Shown here one piece after another: positions 9,089 through 18,505 of a stretch of DNA of 56,396 nt (the first letter of the stretch is position 1; each line of letters begins with the position of its first letter). Both the position numbers and the translations under genes were made by a program. Under the pieces are notes generated by a model. The model was not told where the DNA came from. It made no database searches and was given only the letters and a program-made list of their open reading frames with translations. Location: the NCBI GenBank assembly GCA_028705215.1, contig JAQWDY010000004.1:17671-74066 (forward strand), given 5' to 3'. Origin of the DNA: Patescibacteria group bacterium (GTDB lineage: Bacteria; Patescibacteriota; Patescibacteriia; Patescibacteriales; UBA12465).

Positions 9089-9604
9089 ATGTCTATCCTT
9101 GATTTAATTTTAGTCGCTTTTTTAGCCTTTGCCTTCTTTTTCGGCTTTAAAAAAGGATTAATTCGTTCTTTAGGTAGAATTATCGGACTTATTATTGGCA
9201 TATATATTTCATCTCGATATTATCTTGATGTTTATAAGTGGGGTCAGGATTTATTAAATATTAACGAGAATGTAGAGAAAATTATTGCTTTTATTATATT
9301 GTTTATTGCTATTATTCAAATTAGTAATTTATTATTTTATTTAATAGAAAAAACATTTAAGTTGATTGCCTTTATTCCGGGTAGTAAATATATAAATAAT
9401 ATTTTAGGTGGTGTTTTGGGATTAGCGGAAAGTGCTCTTTTTTTGGGAACAATTTTCTACATTTCCTATCGCTACCTTGCCTTTAGTGAACGCTTTTCCA
9501 GTATAATTGAAGATTCAATTGTTTTACCCTGGCTTAATAAGGCAGTAGAGATTGTTCTTCCACTTTTACCGCAAGCATTAAAAACTATTCAAATGCTAAT
9601 TTAA
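9089..9604 (+). CDS. cvpA: CvpA-family membrane protein
   Basis: 171 aa, 4 TM helices. The N-terminus ILDLILVAFLAFAFFFGFKKGLIRSL is typical of CvpA. Confidence 0.7.
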   Translation: MSILDLILVAFLAFAFFFGFKKGLIRSLGRIIGLIIGIYISSRYYLDVYKWGQDLLNINENVEKIIAFIILFIAIIQISNLLFYLIEKTFKLIAFIPGSKYINNILGGVLGLAESALFLGTIFYISYRYLAFSERFSSIIEDSIVLPWLNKAVEIVLPLLPQALKTIQMLI

Positions 9605-9605
9605 T

Positions 9606-10199
9606 ATGAAGCACAAATGCCAAGACCTTGCATCACTTAATGCCTATGATATTGCCTTTATTGTAAAGCAATTAAGGCAAGATAAGGTTCTAGCACTTCC
9701 TACTGACACTATCTATGGTCTTAGCTGTAGCGCTACTAGCATCCAGGCTCTTAATAAAATAATAAAAATTAAGAATAGGCCTAATAATAAACGCTTCATT
9801 CTCTTAGTTTCTGATTTAAAAATGGCTTGCTTTTGGGCTGATATAAAGAAAAACACATTAAAAGATATTAAAAAAATTTGGCAGGAAGATGAACCGACCA
9901 CATTTATTTTAAAGGCGCAAAAATATGTTGAAACTTCATTAAAAGATGAAAATGGTAACATTTCTTTGCGTTTGCCTAAATCTGATTTTTTAATTAAAAT
10001 AGTAAAAGAACTAGGCTCACCTTTAATTTCAACTAGTTTAAACTTAAGTGGTCAGCCATTTTTAAAAACAGTTAAAAATCTGGAAAAAGTTTTTCCTGAT
10101 AATTTATTACCAGACATGGTTTTAGACATCGGCCCTCTTAATGGAGCCCCATCTAAAATAATTGATTATAGTGGTGATAAGCCAATGCAGATTCGTTAA
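9606..10199 (+). CDS. tsaC: L-threonylcarbamoyladenylate synthase (YrdC/TsaC domain)
   Basis: 197 aa. LPTDTIYGLSC motif and SLRLP...SPLISTSLNLSG. Confidence 0.8.
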   Translation: MKHKCQDLASLNAYDIAFIVKQLRQDKVLALPTDTIYGLSCSATSIQALNKIIKIKNRPNNKRFILLVSDLKMACFWADIKKNTLKDIKKIWQEDEPTTFILKAQKYVETSLKDENGNISLRLPKSDFLIKIVKELGSPLISTSLNLSGQPFLKTVKNLEKVFPDNLLPDMVLDIGPLNGAPSKIIDYSGDKPMQIR

Positions 10200-10217
10200 T
10201 TTTAAAAAAATTTTCAT

Positions 10218-11444
10218 ATGTTCAAATTTAGTAATAGACATAAACAAATCATAACCACCCTTTTTCTTCTCCTGCTTGTTGGTGGAGTTTATTTGTTAGG
10301 ATTTTATGCCGGGAAAGATGAGACATCTTTTCCCGAGATTTTAGCCTATTCACCCGAGGCAAGAGAAACAAAAAATAACAGTAATGATAGTTTTGATTTT
10401 AATTTATATTTTGAAGTATGGAATAGCCTTAAAAGTGAGCATGTTGATAAAAACAAAATAAAAGATAGAGATTTGTTTTATGGCTCCTTAGAAGGAATGG
10501 CGGCTGCCACCGGTGATCCTTATACCGTTTTTATGGATCCTGAGGAAACAACTGAATTTTACGAAGATCTTTCCGGCACATTTGAAGGCATAGGCGCTGA
10601 AATTGGTATGCGCAATGAAATAATAACGGTTGTTGCACCTCTTGACGGCATGCCTGCCCAGAAGGCTGGTTTAAGGGCGGGGGATAAAATATATGCTATA
10701 AATGGCGAATCTATATTAGGGCTAAGTGTTAATGAAGCTGTTAAAAAAATTAGAGGCGAGAAGGGAACTGAAGTAACTTTAACCATTATTCGCGGTGATG
10801 ATAAGCCTAGCGATATCACAATTGTCAGGGATAAAATAGTAGTTAACTCTGTAAAAACAGAAATGAAGGAAAATGGTGTTTATTATCTGCAAATAACTAA
10901 TTTTAATGACGATACCCAAATCTTATTTGATAAGGCAGTTTCTGATATATTATTAAAAGATCCACGTGGCATTGTTTTAGATTTACGTAATAATCCAGGC
11001 GGCTATTTAGATACAGCTATCTATATTGCCAGTGATTGGATTAAAGATGGCCCAATTGTGGCTGAGCAGTTTGGTGAAAATAAAAGGACGGAGCACTTTT
11101 CTCGTGGCCAAGCTCGTTTAAGTGGTCTTAAAACTGCTATTTTAATTAACGAAGGCAGTGCCTCTGCTTCAGAAATTGTGGCTGGCGCCTTACGTGATTA
11201 TAAAAAGGCTACGATAATTGGCAAACAAAGCTTTGGTAAGGGCTCTGTCCAAAATCTTGGCGATTTAAGTGATGGCTCATCTTTAAAAATAACAGTCGCA
11301 AAATGGCTAACACCAGAAGGAGATTATATTCATGATAAAGGGATAGCACCACAAATTGAAGTTGATATAACTGAGGAGGATATTTTAAATAATCGCGATC
11401 CACAGCTTGACCGAGCAATAAATTTTATTTTAGAAGATAAATAA
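10218..11444 (+). CDS. ctpA: Carboxy-terminal processing protease (S41 family, PDZ domain)
   Basis: N-terminal TM helix, PDZ segment (GMPAQKAGLRAGDKIYAING), catalytic Ser context GSASASEI and Lys context SFGKGSVQ. Confidence 0.9.
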   Translation: MFKFSNRHKQIITTLFLLLLVGGVYLLGFYAGKDETSFPEILAYSPEARETKNNSNDSFDFNLYFEVWNSLKSEHVDKNKIKDRDLFYGSLEGMAAATGDPYTVFMDPEETTEFYEDLSGTFEGIGAEIGMRNEIITVVAPLDGMPAQKAGLRAGDKIYAINGESILGLSVNEAVKKIRGEKGTEVTLTIIRGDDKPSDITIVRDKIVVNSVKTEMKENGVYYLQITNFNDDTQILFDKAVSDILLKDPRGIVLDLRNNPGGYLDTAIYIASDWIKDGPIVAEQFGENKRTEHFSRGQARLSGLKTAILINEGSASASEIVAGALRDYKKATIIGKQSFGKGSVQNLGDLSDGSSLKITVAKWLTPEGDYIHDKGIAPQIEVDITEEDILNNRDPQLDRAINFILEDK

Positions 11445-11480
11445 AAAAAGGCGCAATATTTTGCGCCTTTGTTTTTTTGT
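11444..11480. terminator. Hairpin terminator after ctpA (+) and the 88-aa ORF (-)
   Basis: GGCGCAA-tatt-TTGCGCC flanked by an A-run and a T-run. Confidence 0.75.
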
Positions 11481-11492
11481 TTTTAAGGAAGA

Positions 11493-11759
11493 TTAGTCGT
11501 ACCCCCCTTCAAAGAAAATGTTGTTTTCTTTTCTAAACTCTTGATGAAGTAGCTCTTTTAGCTTTTCCTCTTTGTCCTGAGGAAGGTCAAAGTACAAGCT
11601 GTTTCCTGTGAAAATATGTTCTTCAACATATTCTTGTTTTTCTTCTATTAAAAATCTTGCAATTTTTAATAAATTTCCTGACTTAGTTTCTAAAATAGAA
11701 ACCCCATCTTCACAAACAATAAGTCCTCGTGTCCGTCCTAATTTTAAAATTTCAATCAT
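11493..11759 (-). CDS. Hypothetical 88-aa acidic protein
   Basis: ATG-initiated ORF with its own TTGACA-N17-TATATT promoter and a downstream hairpin. No recognisable motif. Confidence 0.5.
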   Translation of the reverse strand: MIEILKLGRTRGLIVCEDGVSILETKSGNLLKIARFLIEEKQEYVEEHIFTGNSLYFDLPQDKEEKLKELLHQEFRKENNIFFEGGYD

Positions 11760-11810
11760 AATCAGTAATATTAAATCCGTAATGATGTTAGATGTTAAAT
11801 GACTAATTAA

Positions 11811-11839
11811 AATATATCACAAAATTTGGCAAATGTCAA
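11811..11839 (-). promoter_or_regulatory. Promoter TTGACA-N17-TATATT for the 88-aa ORF
   Basis: -35 at 11834-11839 and -10 at 11811-11816 (minus strand). Confidence 0.55.
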
Positions 11840-11865
11840 TAATTATTTAAATCAACTAATATAAT

Positions 11866-11894
11866 AAAAAGGTCCCCAAAAATGAGGACTTTTT
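11866..11894 (-). terminator. Hairpin downstream of rpmA
   Basis: AAAAAG(G)TCC...GGACTTTTT. Confidence 0.5.
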
Positions 11895-11916
11895 ATTATT
11901 AATAATTTGAAAATTA

Positions 11917-12210
11917 TTATTTACTTGCCGTTTTCTCGCTTACAACATTAACAACCTTATTGGTTTTAAGCTGACCATTAAATTTCATTAGTTTCTTGGT
12001 TGTAAATTTAACAAAACCACTATTTAGTGCAAAAAGGGTGTCATCTTTACCTTTGCCAATGTTTAAACCTGGTTGATACTTTGTTCCGCGTTGTCTGATT
12101 ACGATAGCGCCTGCTTTAGCCCATTCACCATCGGTAATTTTAACGCCTAAACGTCTACCCGCTGAATCGCGGCCAAGAGCGGTAGAGCCGGCAGCTTTCT
12201 TATGTGCCAT
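11917..12210 (-). CDS. rpmA: 50S ribosomal protein L27 (bL27)
   Basis: N-terminus [24 protein letters not shown] is diagnostic. Confidence 0.95.
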   Translation of the reverse strand: MAHKKAAGSTALGRDSAGRRLGVKITDGEWAKAGAIVIRQRGTKYQPGLNIGKGKDDTLFALNSGFVKFTTKKLMKFNGQLKTNKVVNVVSEKTASK

Positions 12211-12280
12211 ATAATTTTACATAAAAAATACTAAGCTACATTAAGCTTGTATTTGGTATTTAGATTTCTTTTACCTGTAT

Positions 12281-12309
12281 ATACTAACAAAAGTGATATA
12301 AAATGTCAA
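12281..12309 (-). promoter_or_regulatory. Promoter TTGACA-N17-TAGTAT for rpmA
   Basis: -35 at 12304-12309 and -10 at 12281-12286 (minus strand). Confidence 0.6.
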
Positions 12310-12409
12310 ATCATAATAAGTAAGCTTTTTTGTTATTTATTTATTATTTAAAAAGTTAATAAAATGATTTAAAAATACATTTTTTAAAGGTTTTATTTTT
12401 TTTCTAATA

Positions 12410-12418
12410 TGTTATAAT
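12410..12418 (+). promoter_or_regulatory. Extended -10 element TGTTATAAT upstream of the ferredoxin-led operon
   Basis: TG at 12410-12411 and TATAAT at 12413-12418, 37 nt before the ATG. No good -35. Confidence 0.45.
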
Positions 12419-12454
12419 AAGGTCATAAATAATAAAATAAATAATAATAAATTT

Positions 12455-12628
12455 ATGGTAAAAGTAGACCAAAACAAGTGCATTGGTTGTGGGCTTTGTG
12501 CAGGCATGTGCCCAGAAACATTTCAAATGAATGCTGACAATAAATCAGAGGTAATTAATCCTCAAGATACTGATTGTTCAAAAAATGCTGAACAAAATTG
12601 TCCAGTTCAAGCAATTAGCCATAAATAA
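12455..12628 (+). CDS. Small single-cluster 4Fe-4S ferredoxin (57 aa, absent from the ORF track)
   Basis: Hand translation gives MVKVDQNKCIGCGLCAGMCPETFQMNADNKSEVINPQDTDCSKNAEQNCPVQAISHK. It carries CxxCxxC...CP plus distal Cys/CP, as in mini-ferredoxins. Confidence 0.8.
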   Translation: MVKVDQNKCIGCGLCAGMCPETFQMNADNKSEVINPQDTDCSKNAEQNCPVQAISHK

Positions 12629-12634
12629 AATAAT

Positions 12635-13147
12635 ATGGCAGACGCCAATCCAATTGAACAATTAAATCCAGAAACTGTTTTTGAAAAAACGGGTAATGTT
12701 AAAGTAGAAAAAAAAGAGCAGGGAAGTGAGGTTCGCTTTGAGCAAAAAGAGAGGGGGCTGGAGAAAAAAGCGGAACAAACAAAGATGGAAAAGGAAATTT
12801 TAGTTGATAAAAATATTAAAAATGGGACTAAGCTTGACCCAATAATTAAAAAATCACCATCTTTTCAAGAAAGAAGAGCTAAAGAAATAGATAATATACT
12901 TTCCTCGGGTTTACATGAAGTTTTTTTGCAACTTGATAAAAAAAGACAAGCGGAATTTAAATTAAAGGGGGAAGAAACAGTTTCAAAAATTAATGGCCTA
13001 TTAAATGAGTCAAAGATTAAAATTGATAAAATAATTAGTCTTATTAAAAAATGGCTAAAATTAATACCTGGTATTAATCAATTTTTTTTAGAACAAGAGG
13101 CGAAAATAAAAGCTGATAAAATTGTTGATTTAAAAAATAAAGCTTAA
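12635..13147 (+). CDS. Hypothetical Lys/Glu-rich protein with an amphipathic C-terminus
   Basis: 170-aa ORF with an ATG start. Its stop lies 2 nt before the ATPase gene. No recognised family. Confidence 0.55.
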   Translation: MADANPIEQLNPETVFEKTGNVKVEKKEQGSEVRFEQKERGLEKKAEQTKMEKEILVDKNIKNGTKLDPIIKKSPSFQERRAKEIDNILSSGLHEVFLQLDKKRQAEFKLKGEETVSKINGLLNESKIKIDKIISLIKKWLKLIPGINQFFLEQEAKIKADKIVDLKNKA

Positions 13148-13149
13148 CT

Positions 13150-15603
13150 ATGTTAGATTTTTCTACACTCAACTTGAGCACTTTAATGGGAATGCTTGCC
13201 ATTGTTTTTATATTTGCTTTAGCAATTTTCATTAGTTTACGCTTATTTAGATCTTTGCTGGGAAGAAGACATTATGTTCCTCATCATGTCTTTTTAGTGC
13301 GCATCCCCAAAGATGTTAGTAAGGAGGAAAAAGGCGATATTAGTCAAAGTATTAAGGAGGAAATTGCAAAGGGGGAAGCTATCTTTTCTGCTCTTGGTGG
13401 ATTAAAGGCCGAACGTGGCATTAAGTCATGGCTAAAAGGAAGACAAGATCACTTTTCCTTTGAAATTGTTGCTAATGCTAAACGTATTGCCTTTTATTTT
13501 GCGTGTCATCTTGATGATTTTCGCTACATAGAACAACAAATTCATGCCCAATATCCAGCAGCGTCCATTGAAGAAGTCGAAGACTACAATATTTTTAGCG
13601 CGCAGGGACAGATTGCCGCAGCAACAATAAAAACCATTAAAAGCTTTATATTTCCAATTAAAACTTATCAAGAAATTGATGTTGATCCGATGAGCTCATT
13701 AATAAACGTCTTATCGAAACTAGAAAAGGGAGAAAGTATTGCTTTGCAATATTTAGTGCGAAGCGCTAAAGGTCAATGGCATGGTTTTTCTCGAAAAATG
13801 GTTGCAAGAATTCAAGAGAAGCAATCGGTTGTTAATGGCTTAAAGGTCAATAATTTAGATAAATTTTTCTCTTTTTTTAATACTGGAAAGAAAAAAATTG
13901 ATACAAGCAATAATCAAAAACCGGAAAAACGTCTCAGTGCAATTGAGGAGGAGATGCTAAAGAAAATAGAACAAAAAAATTTAAAGGCAGGACTAGATGT
14001 TAACTTAAGAATTTTAGCTTTTTCCAGTATTAAAGAAAAAGCAAATCGCTATTTAGAAAACATTGCCAGCGCTTATTCAGAATATAACAATTTTTCTTAC
14101 GGAAATTCGTTTTCTCGACCACGGAAAAAAAATACAGATCAAATTGTAAAAGACTTTATATATCGTTATTTCCGGGAAAAAAATAGTTTTCTTTTAAATT
14201 CAGAGGAACTTGCTAGCGTCTTCCATCTTCCTTTAAGAAGCATTGAAACACCCAATGTACTGTGGTTAACAGCAAAAACAGCGCCCGCTCCGGTTGAGAC
14301 TCCAGAAGAGGGAATTACTTTAGGACACAATGTTTATCGTGGCCTTAGACGAGAAATTAAAATTAAAAGAGCTGACCGTCGCCGCCATTCCTATATAATT
14401 GGTAAGTCAGGTGTTGGTAAATCTGTATTACTTGCAAATATGGCAATACAAGATATTGAAAATGGAGAAGGGGTTTGCGTTCTTGATCCTCATGGCGACT
14501 TAATAACTGATATTTTAGAACGCATACCACCAGAAAGAGCTGAAGATGTTATAATTTTCTCTCCTTCTGACCTTGAAAGACCGCTGGCTTTAAACTTATT
14601 GGAATATGATCCAGCTTACCCTGAACAAAAAAGCTTTGTTATAAATGAAATGATAAGCATACTTGATAAACTCTATGATTTACGCGCTACTGGTGGCCCC
14701 ATGTTTGAGCAGTACATGCGCAATGCGATGTTATTGGTCATGGATCATCCTGAATCAGGTTCAACTTTAATGGAAATACCAAAGGTTCTTGCTGATGAAA
14801 ATTTTCGCCGTTTTAAACTAAGTAAATGCAAAAATCAAACTGTTGTTGATTTTTGGACTAAAGAAGCAGAAAAAGCGGGCGGGGAAGCAGCTCTTGCTAA
14901 CATAGTGCCCTATATTACTTCCAAGCTCACTTCTTTTATTTCCAATGACATGATGCGCCCTATTATTGGTCAACAAAAAAGTGCCTTTAATATTCGCGAC
15001 ATCATGGATAAGCAAAAAATATTATTAGTAGATTTACCCAAGGGAACAGTCGGTGAAACTAACGCTTATTTACTAGGCATGATATTAGTGGGTAAAATCT
15101 TAATGGCCGCTCTATCGCGTACAGACATGCCGTCTGAAAAAAGAAAAGATTTCTATCTTTATATTGATGAGTTTCAGAATTTTACCACTAATTCAATATG
15201 TCAAATTTTATCGGAAGCAAGAAAATATGCTTTAAATTTAATTATTGCTCATCAATATATTGGCCAATTAAGTAAAAATGGTAATACAGAAATCAAAGAC
15301 GCTGTCTTCGGTAACGTGGGCACCATGGTTAGTTTTAAAATCGGTTCTGAGGACGCTGAATTTCTGCTAAAAGAATTTAGTCCAGTATTTAACGAATATG
15401 ATTTAATAAATATTGACAAGGGAACAGCCTACATTAAACTACTAGTAGATAACAGCGCGGTCCGCCCTTTTTCAATTAATACAGTCTGGCCGCTTATCGG
15501 AGTAAAAAGAGAGGGCATGGCTGAGAAAATTAAAACATTGTCGCGTTTTAAATATGGCCGCAGCTCACGTTTAGTTGAGGCAGAAATACTCAATCGTAAA
15601 TAA
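13150..15603 (+). CDS. Membrane-anchored P-loop ATPase of the TraD/TraG/VirD4 (type IV coupling protein, FtsK/HerA superfamily) type
   Basis: 817 aa. N-terminal TM helix (LSTLMGMLAIVFIFALAIFISLRLF), Walker A GKSGVGKS (nt 14401-14424), Walker B FYLYIDEFQNF (~nt 15151-15183) and the T4CP-like IIAHQYIGQL...FGNVGTMVSF motif. Confidence 0.7.
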   Translation: MLDFSTLNLSTLMGMLAIVFIFALAIFISLRLFRSLLGRRHYVPHHVFLVRIPKDVSKEEKGDISQSIKEEIAKGEAIFSALGGLKAERGIKSWLKGRQDHFSFEIVANAKRIAFYFACHLDDFRYIEQQIHAQYPAASIEEVEDYNIFSAQGQIAAATIKTIKSFIFPIKTYQEIDVDPMSSLINVLSKLEKGESIALQYLVRSAKGQWHGFSRKMVARIQEKQSVVNGLKVNNLDKFFSFFNTGKKKIDTSNNQKPEKRLSAIEEEMLKKIEQKNLKAGLDVNLRILAFSSIKEKANRYLENIASAYSEYNNFSYGNSFSRPRKKNTDQIVKDFIYRYFREKNSFLLNSEELASVFHLPLRSIETPNVLWLTAKTAPAPVETPEEGITLGHNVYRGLRREIKIKRADRRRHSYIIGKSGVGKSVLLANMAIQDIENGEGVCVLDPHGDLITDILERIPPERAEDVIIFSPSDLERPLALNLLEYDPAYPEQKSFVINEMISILDKLYDLRATGGPMFEQYMRNAMLLVMDHPESGSTLMEIPKVLADENFRRFKLSKCKNQTVVDFWTKEAEKAGGEAALANIVPYITSKLTSFISNDMMRPIIGQQKSAFNIRDIMDKQKILLVDLPKGTVGETNAYLLGMILVGKILMAALSRTDMPSEKRKDFYLYIDEFQNFTTNSICQILSEARKYALNLIIAHQYIGQLSKNGNTEIKDAVFGNVGTMVSFKIGSEDAEFLLKEFSPVFNEYDLINIDKGTAYIKLLVDNSAVRPFSINTVWPLIGVKREGMAEKIKTLSRFKYGRSSRLVEAEILNRK

Positions 15604-15609
15604 TATACT

Positions 15610-17241
15610 ATGTCTACTTTATATCGTGATTATCGCCCTAATAACTTTGCCGAAGTTTTAGGACAACAACATATTAAAATAACATTACAAAATGAAATTA
15701 GCACTGGTCATTTAGCGCAGTCTTTTTTGTTTTGCGGACCTCGTGCCGTAGGAAAAACAACCATGGCTCGTGTTTTAGCAAAATCAATAAATTGCTTGAA
15801 TCGAAAAGAGGGCGAATCAGAGCCATGTAACAAGTGTGCTAATTGTAAGGCGATAAAGGCGGGGACGCATTTGGATGTTATTGAAATTGATGCGGCCTCT
15901 AACACTGGAGTTGATAATGTCAGAGAAAACATTATTTCTTTTTCTCGCATAGCACCTAATCAGGCTAAGTATAAAGTATTTATTATTGACGAGGTTCACA
16001 TGTTATCACCTTCTGCCTTTAATGCTTTGTTAAAAATAATAGAGGAGCCGCCACAATACATTTTATTTATTCTCTGCACAACAGAGATACATAAAGTACC
16101 GCAAACTATTATATCCCGTTGTGAGCGCTTTGATTTTAAAAGAATAGGCGTAAGTGACATTGTTAGCAAATTACGTCTAATTACAACTAAAGAAAATAAA
16201 GAGGTTGATCAAGAGGTGCTTGAGGCAATAGCGCGTCGTTCTGGCGGCCACTTACGTGATGCTGAAAGTTTATTAGGACAAATTTTTGCCTTAACTGATA
16301 AGCGTATTGGCTTAAAAGAAGCTGAACTATTAATGCCTCATTATAATAATAATGAAGTAATCGATTTGCTTTCCTACCTGGCGCTTAAAGATGCTGCCAG
16401 CGCCTTAACTACGGTTAATAATTTAGCTGATGCGGGTGTTAATATGAAAAACTTTATTGCCGAGTTAATATTTATGACCCGAAAACTTGCTATTATGAAA
16501 ATTAGCCCTCAATTAGCTGACAATCTAGGCTTAAATTTAGGTGATAGCATGGAGCTTAAAATACTGGAACTTTTAAAAAAAATATCAGCCCAGGAACTCC
16601 TTGATTTTATAAAAACTTTTTTAATAGCTTATGACGCAAAAAATCAATTAATTCTGCAACTTCCTTTAGAGTTAGCTATAATTGAAATTTGTAATGACAA
16701 GACTGAAATAAGGAGTGCTAAAGTAGAAAATGTCACTGGTGGGCACAATCCAGCTCAAAGCGAATCTCCAATTTCACCTTCTAAGACAAATTTTTCTCAA
16801 AAGAGAGATAATTTAAAACAGGGCGCAGTTACTATGAGTCACATTGATATGGATTGTAGCTCAGTTTTGGAAAAATGGCCTGAATTTTTAATCAAAATAA
16901 AGAAACACAATCACTCCCTATCCTTTGTTTTGCAAAATTGTCAACCAGGAGAAATTAAAGACGGCAAACTTCATTTGTTATTTAAATATAAATTTCATCA
17001 AGATAGAGTTAATGATGCAGAAATTAAAAAATTAATAGAGGCTACTTTAGATGAAGTTTTTGCGTGTAAAATCACCTTTATTTCAGAATTAAACGAGGAT
17101 ATTTCAATTGAAGAAAAAACTACTCTTAAAGAAACTGAAGAAACAATGGAACAAACAGAAAAATTGGAAAAAGCTAAAAAAAATAATGAATCATTAATGA
17201 CTAATTTACTCAATACCTTTGGTGGAGAAGTAATAGGTTAA
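15610..17241 (+). CDS. dnaX: DNA polymerase III subunit gamma/tau
   Basis: Walker A GPRAVGKTT, Zn module CLNRKEGESEPCNKCANC, Walker B FIIDEVHML and sensor ISRCERFDF. Confidence 0.93.
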   Translation: MSTLYRDYRPNNFAEVLGQQHIKITLQNEISTGHLAQSFLFCGPRAVGKTTMARVLAKSINCLNRKEGESEPCNKCANCKAIKAGTHLDVIEIDAASNTGVDNVRENIISFSRIAPNQAKYKVFIIDEVHMLSPSAFNALLKIIEEPPQYILFILCTTEIHKVPQTIISRCERFDFKRIGVSDIVSKLRLITTKENKEVDQEVLEAIARRSGGHLRDAESLLGQIFALTDKRIGLKEAELLMPHYNNNEVIDLLSYLALKDAASALTTVNNLADAGVNMKNFIAELIFMTRKLAIMKISPQLADNLGLNLGDSMELKILELLKKISAQELLDFIKTFLIAYDAKNQLILQLPLELAIIEICNDKTEIRSAKVENVTGGHNPAQSESPISPSKTNFSQKRDNLKQGAVTMSHIDMDCSSVLEKWPEFLIKIKKHNHSLSFVLQNCQPGEIKDGKLHLLFKYKFHQDRVNDAEIKKLIEATLDEVFACKITFISELNEDISIEEKTTLKETEETMEQTEKLEKAKKNNESLMTNLLNTFGGEVIG

Positions 17242-17252
17242 GTAAAAAACAT

Positions 17253-18500
17253 ATGTTAGATATTAATTTGATTAAAAACGATTTAGAAAGTGTTAAAACG
17301 GGATTGGCGAAAAGAGGTGATATATCTCATTTTGATTTTGAAAAAATTATTTCACTTGATGATAAAAGAAGAGAGCTGATTGCGTTAAGTGAAGAGTTAA
17401 AAGCTAAAAAAAATAAACAATCCAAAGTTAAACCAACATTAGAAATTATTAACGAAATGAAGGCCTTGGGCGCAAAAATTAAAGAGCAGGAAGAAGAGTT
17501 GGCTAAAATTGATGAGGAGTTAAACACGAAAATGCTTGAATTGCCTAACATACCAGCGCCTGATGTTTTAGCTGGAGGCAAGGAAAATAATGAAGTAATT
17601 TATACTTATGGCAAAAAACCAGTATTTAATTTTACCCCCAAAGATCATGTTGAGCTAGCTACTTCTTTAAATTTAATTGATTATGAAAGAGCAGTAAAAA
17701 TGTCTGGCTCTGGTTTCTGGTGTTATACCGGAAACGGTGCCTTGCTAGAATGGGCACTACTTTCCTATTTTGTTGATTTTCACACCAATAATGGCTACAG
17801 CTTTCTTATTCCGCCCTTTCTTTTAACCGAAAAATCGGCTTATATTTCTGGGCACTTGCCAAAGTTTAGAGATGACCTATTTTGGAATCAAGATAAGTTA
17901 TGCTTAAATCCTACCAGTGAAATGATGTTAGGAAATTATCATCGCGAAGAAACACTTGATAATAATAAATTACCTCTTAAATATTTTGCTTATTCACCTT
18001 GCTTTCGTCGTGAAGCTGGTAGCTATAGACAGGAAGAGAGAGGAATGATAAGAGGACATCAATTTAATAAGATGGAGATGTTTATCTTCTCTAAACCCGA
18101 AAGTAGTTGGGAAATGTTTGCTGAAATGACAAATAATGCGAAAAAATTAATGGAAGGGCTTGGTCTTCATTTTCAAGTTTCTAAGTTAGCCGCTGGAGAT
18201 TGCAGTGCAGCGATGGCAAAGACATATGATATTGAAGTTTATATACCCAGCATGGAAATATACAAGGAGGTAAGTAGTGTATCTAATGCTTTAGATTATC
18301 AAGCAAGAAGAGGGCAGATAAAGTATAAAAATGAAGCTAGCGGTAAAAATGAATTTGTGCACACTTTAAATGGTTCAGGCTTAGCTACTAGTCGTCTATT
18401 GCCTGCTATTTTAGAACAAAATCAGCAAGCTGATGGCTCTGTATTAATCCCTAAGGTATTGCGTCAATACTTGCCGAAAAAAATGAAATTTTTAAAATAA
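17253..18500 (+). CDS. serS: Seryl-tRNA synthetase
   Basis: 415 aa. N-terminal coiled-coil arm and class II motifs (CFRREAGSYRQEERGMIRGHQFNK, GSGLATSRLL). Confidence 0.95.
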   Translation: MLDINLIKNDLESVKTGLAKRGDISHFDFEKIISLDDKRRELIALSEELKAKKNKQSKVKPTLEIINEMKALGAKIKEQEEELAKIDEELNTKMLELPNIPAPDVLAGGKENNEVIYTYGKKPVFNFTPKDHVELATSLNLIDYERAVKMSGSGFWCYTGNGALLEWALLSYFVDFHTNNGYSFLIPPFLLTEKSAYISGHLPKFRDDLFWNQDKLCLNPTSEMMLGNYHREETLDNNKLPLKYFAYSPCFRREAGSYRQEERGMIRGHQFNKMEMFIFSKPESSWEMFAEMTNNAKKLMEGLGLHFQVSKLAAGDCSAAMAKTYDIEVYIPSMEIYKEVSSVSNALDYQARRGQIKYKNEASGKNEFVHTLNGSGLATSRLLPAILEQNQQADGSVLIPKVLRQYLPKKMKFLK

Positions 18501-18505
18501 ACTCC

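Noticed and set aside
12211-12454. A very AT-rich 244-nt spacer with short A/T-rich reiterations (aaataataaaataaataataataaa), considered as a possible repeat array or origin.
   Set aside because: It is low-complexity sequence without defined repeat units or DnaA boxes. It is adequately explained as a divergent promoter region for rpmA and the ferredoxin-led operon.
16573-16604. An A8 run in dnaX (TTA AAA AAA ATA) could allow -1 frameshifting or transcriptional slippage to a gamma-like product. The -1 frame hits TGA after 7 codons.
   Set aside because: A-runs of this length are common by chance in this AT-rich sequence, and another lies near the 3' end of the same gene. The predicted product (~331 aa) would truncate inside domain III rather than after it. 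No stimulatory hairpin or SD-like element is evident.
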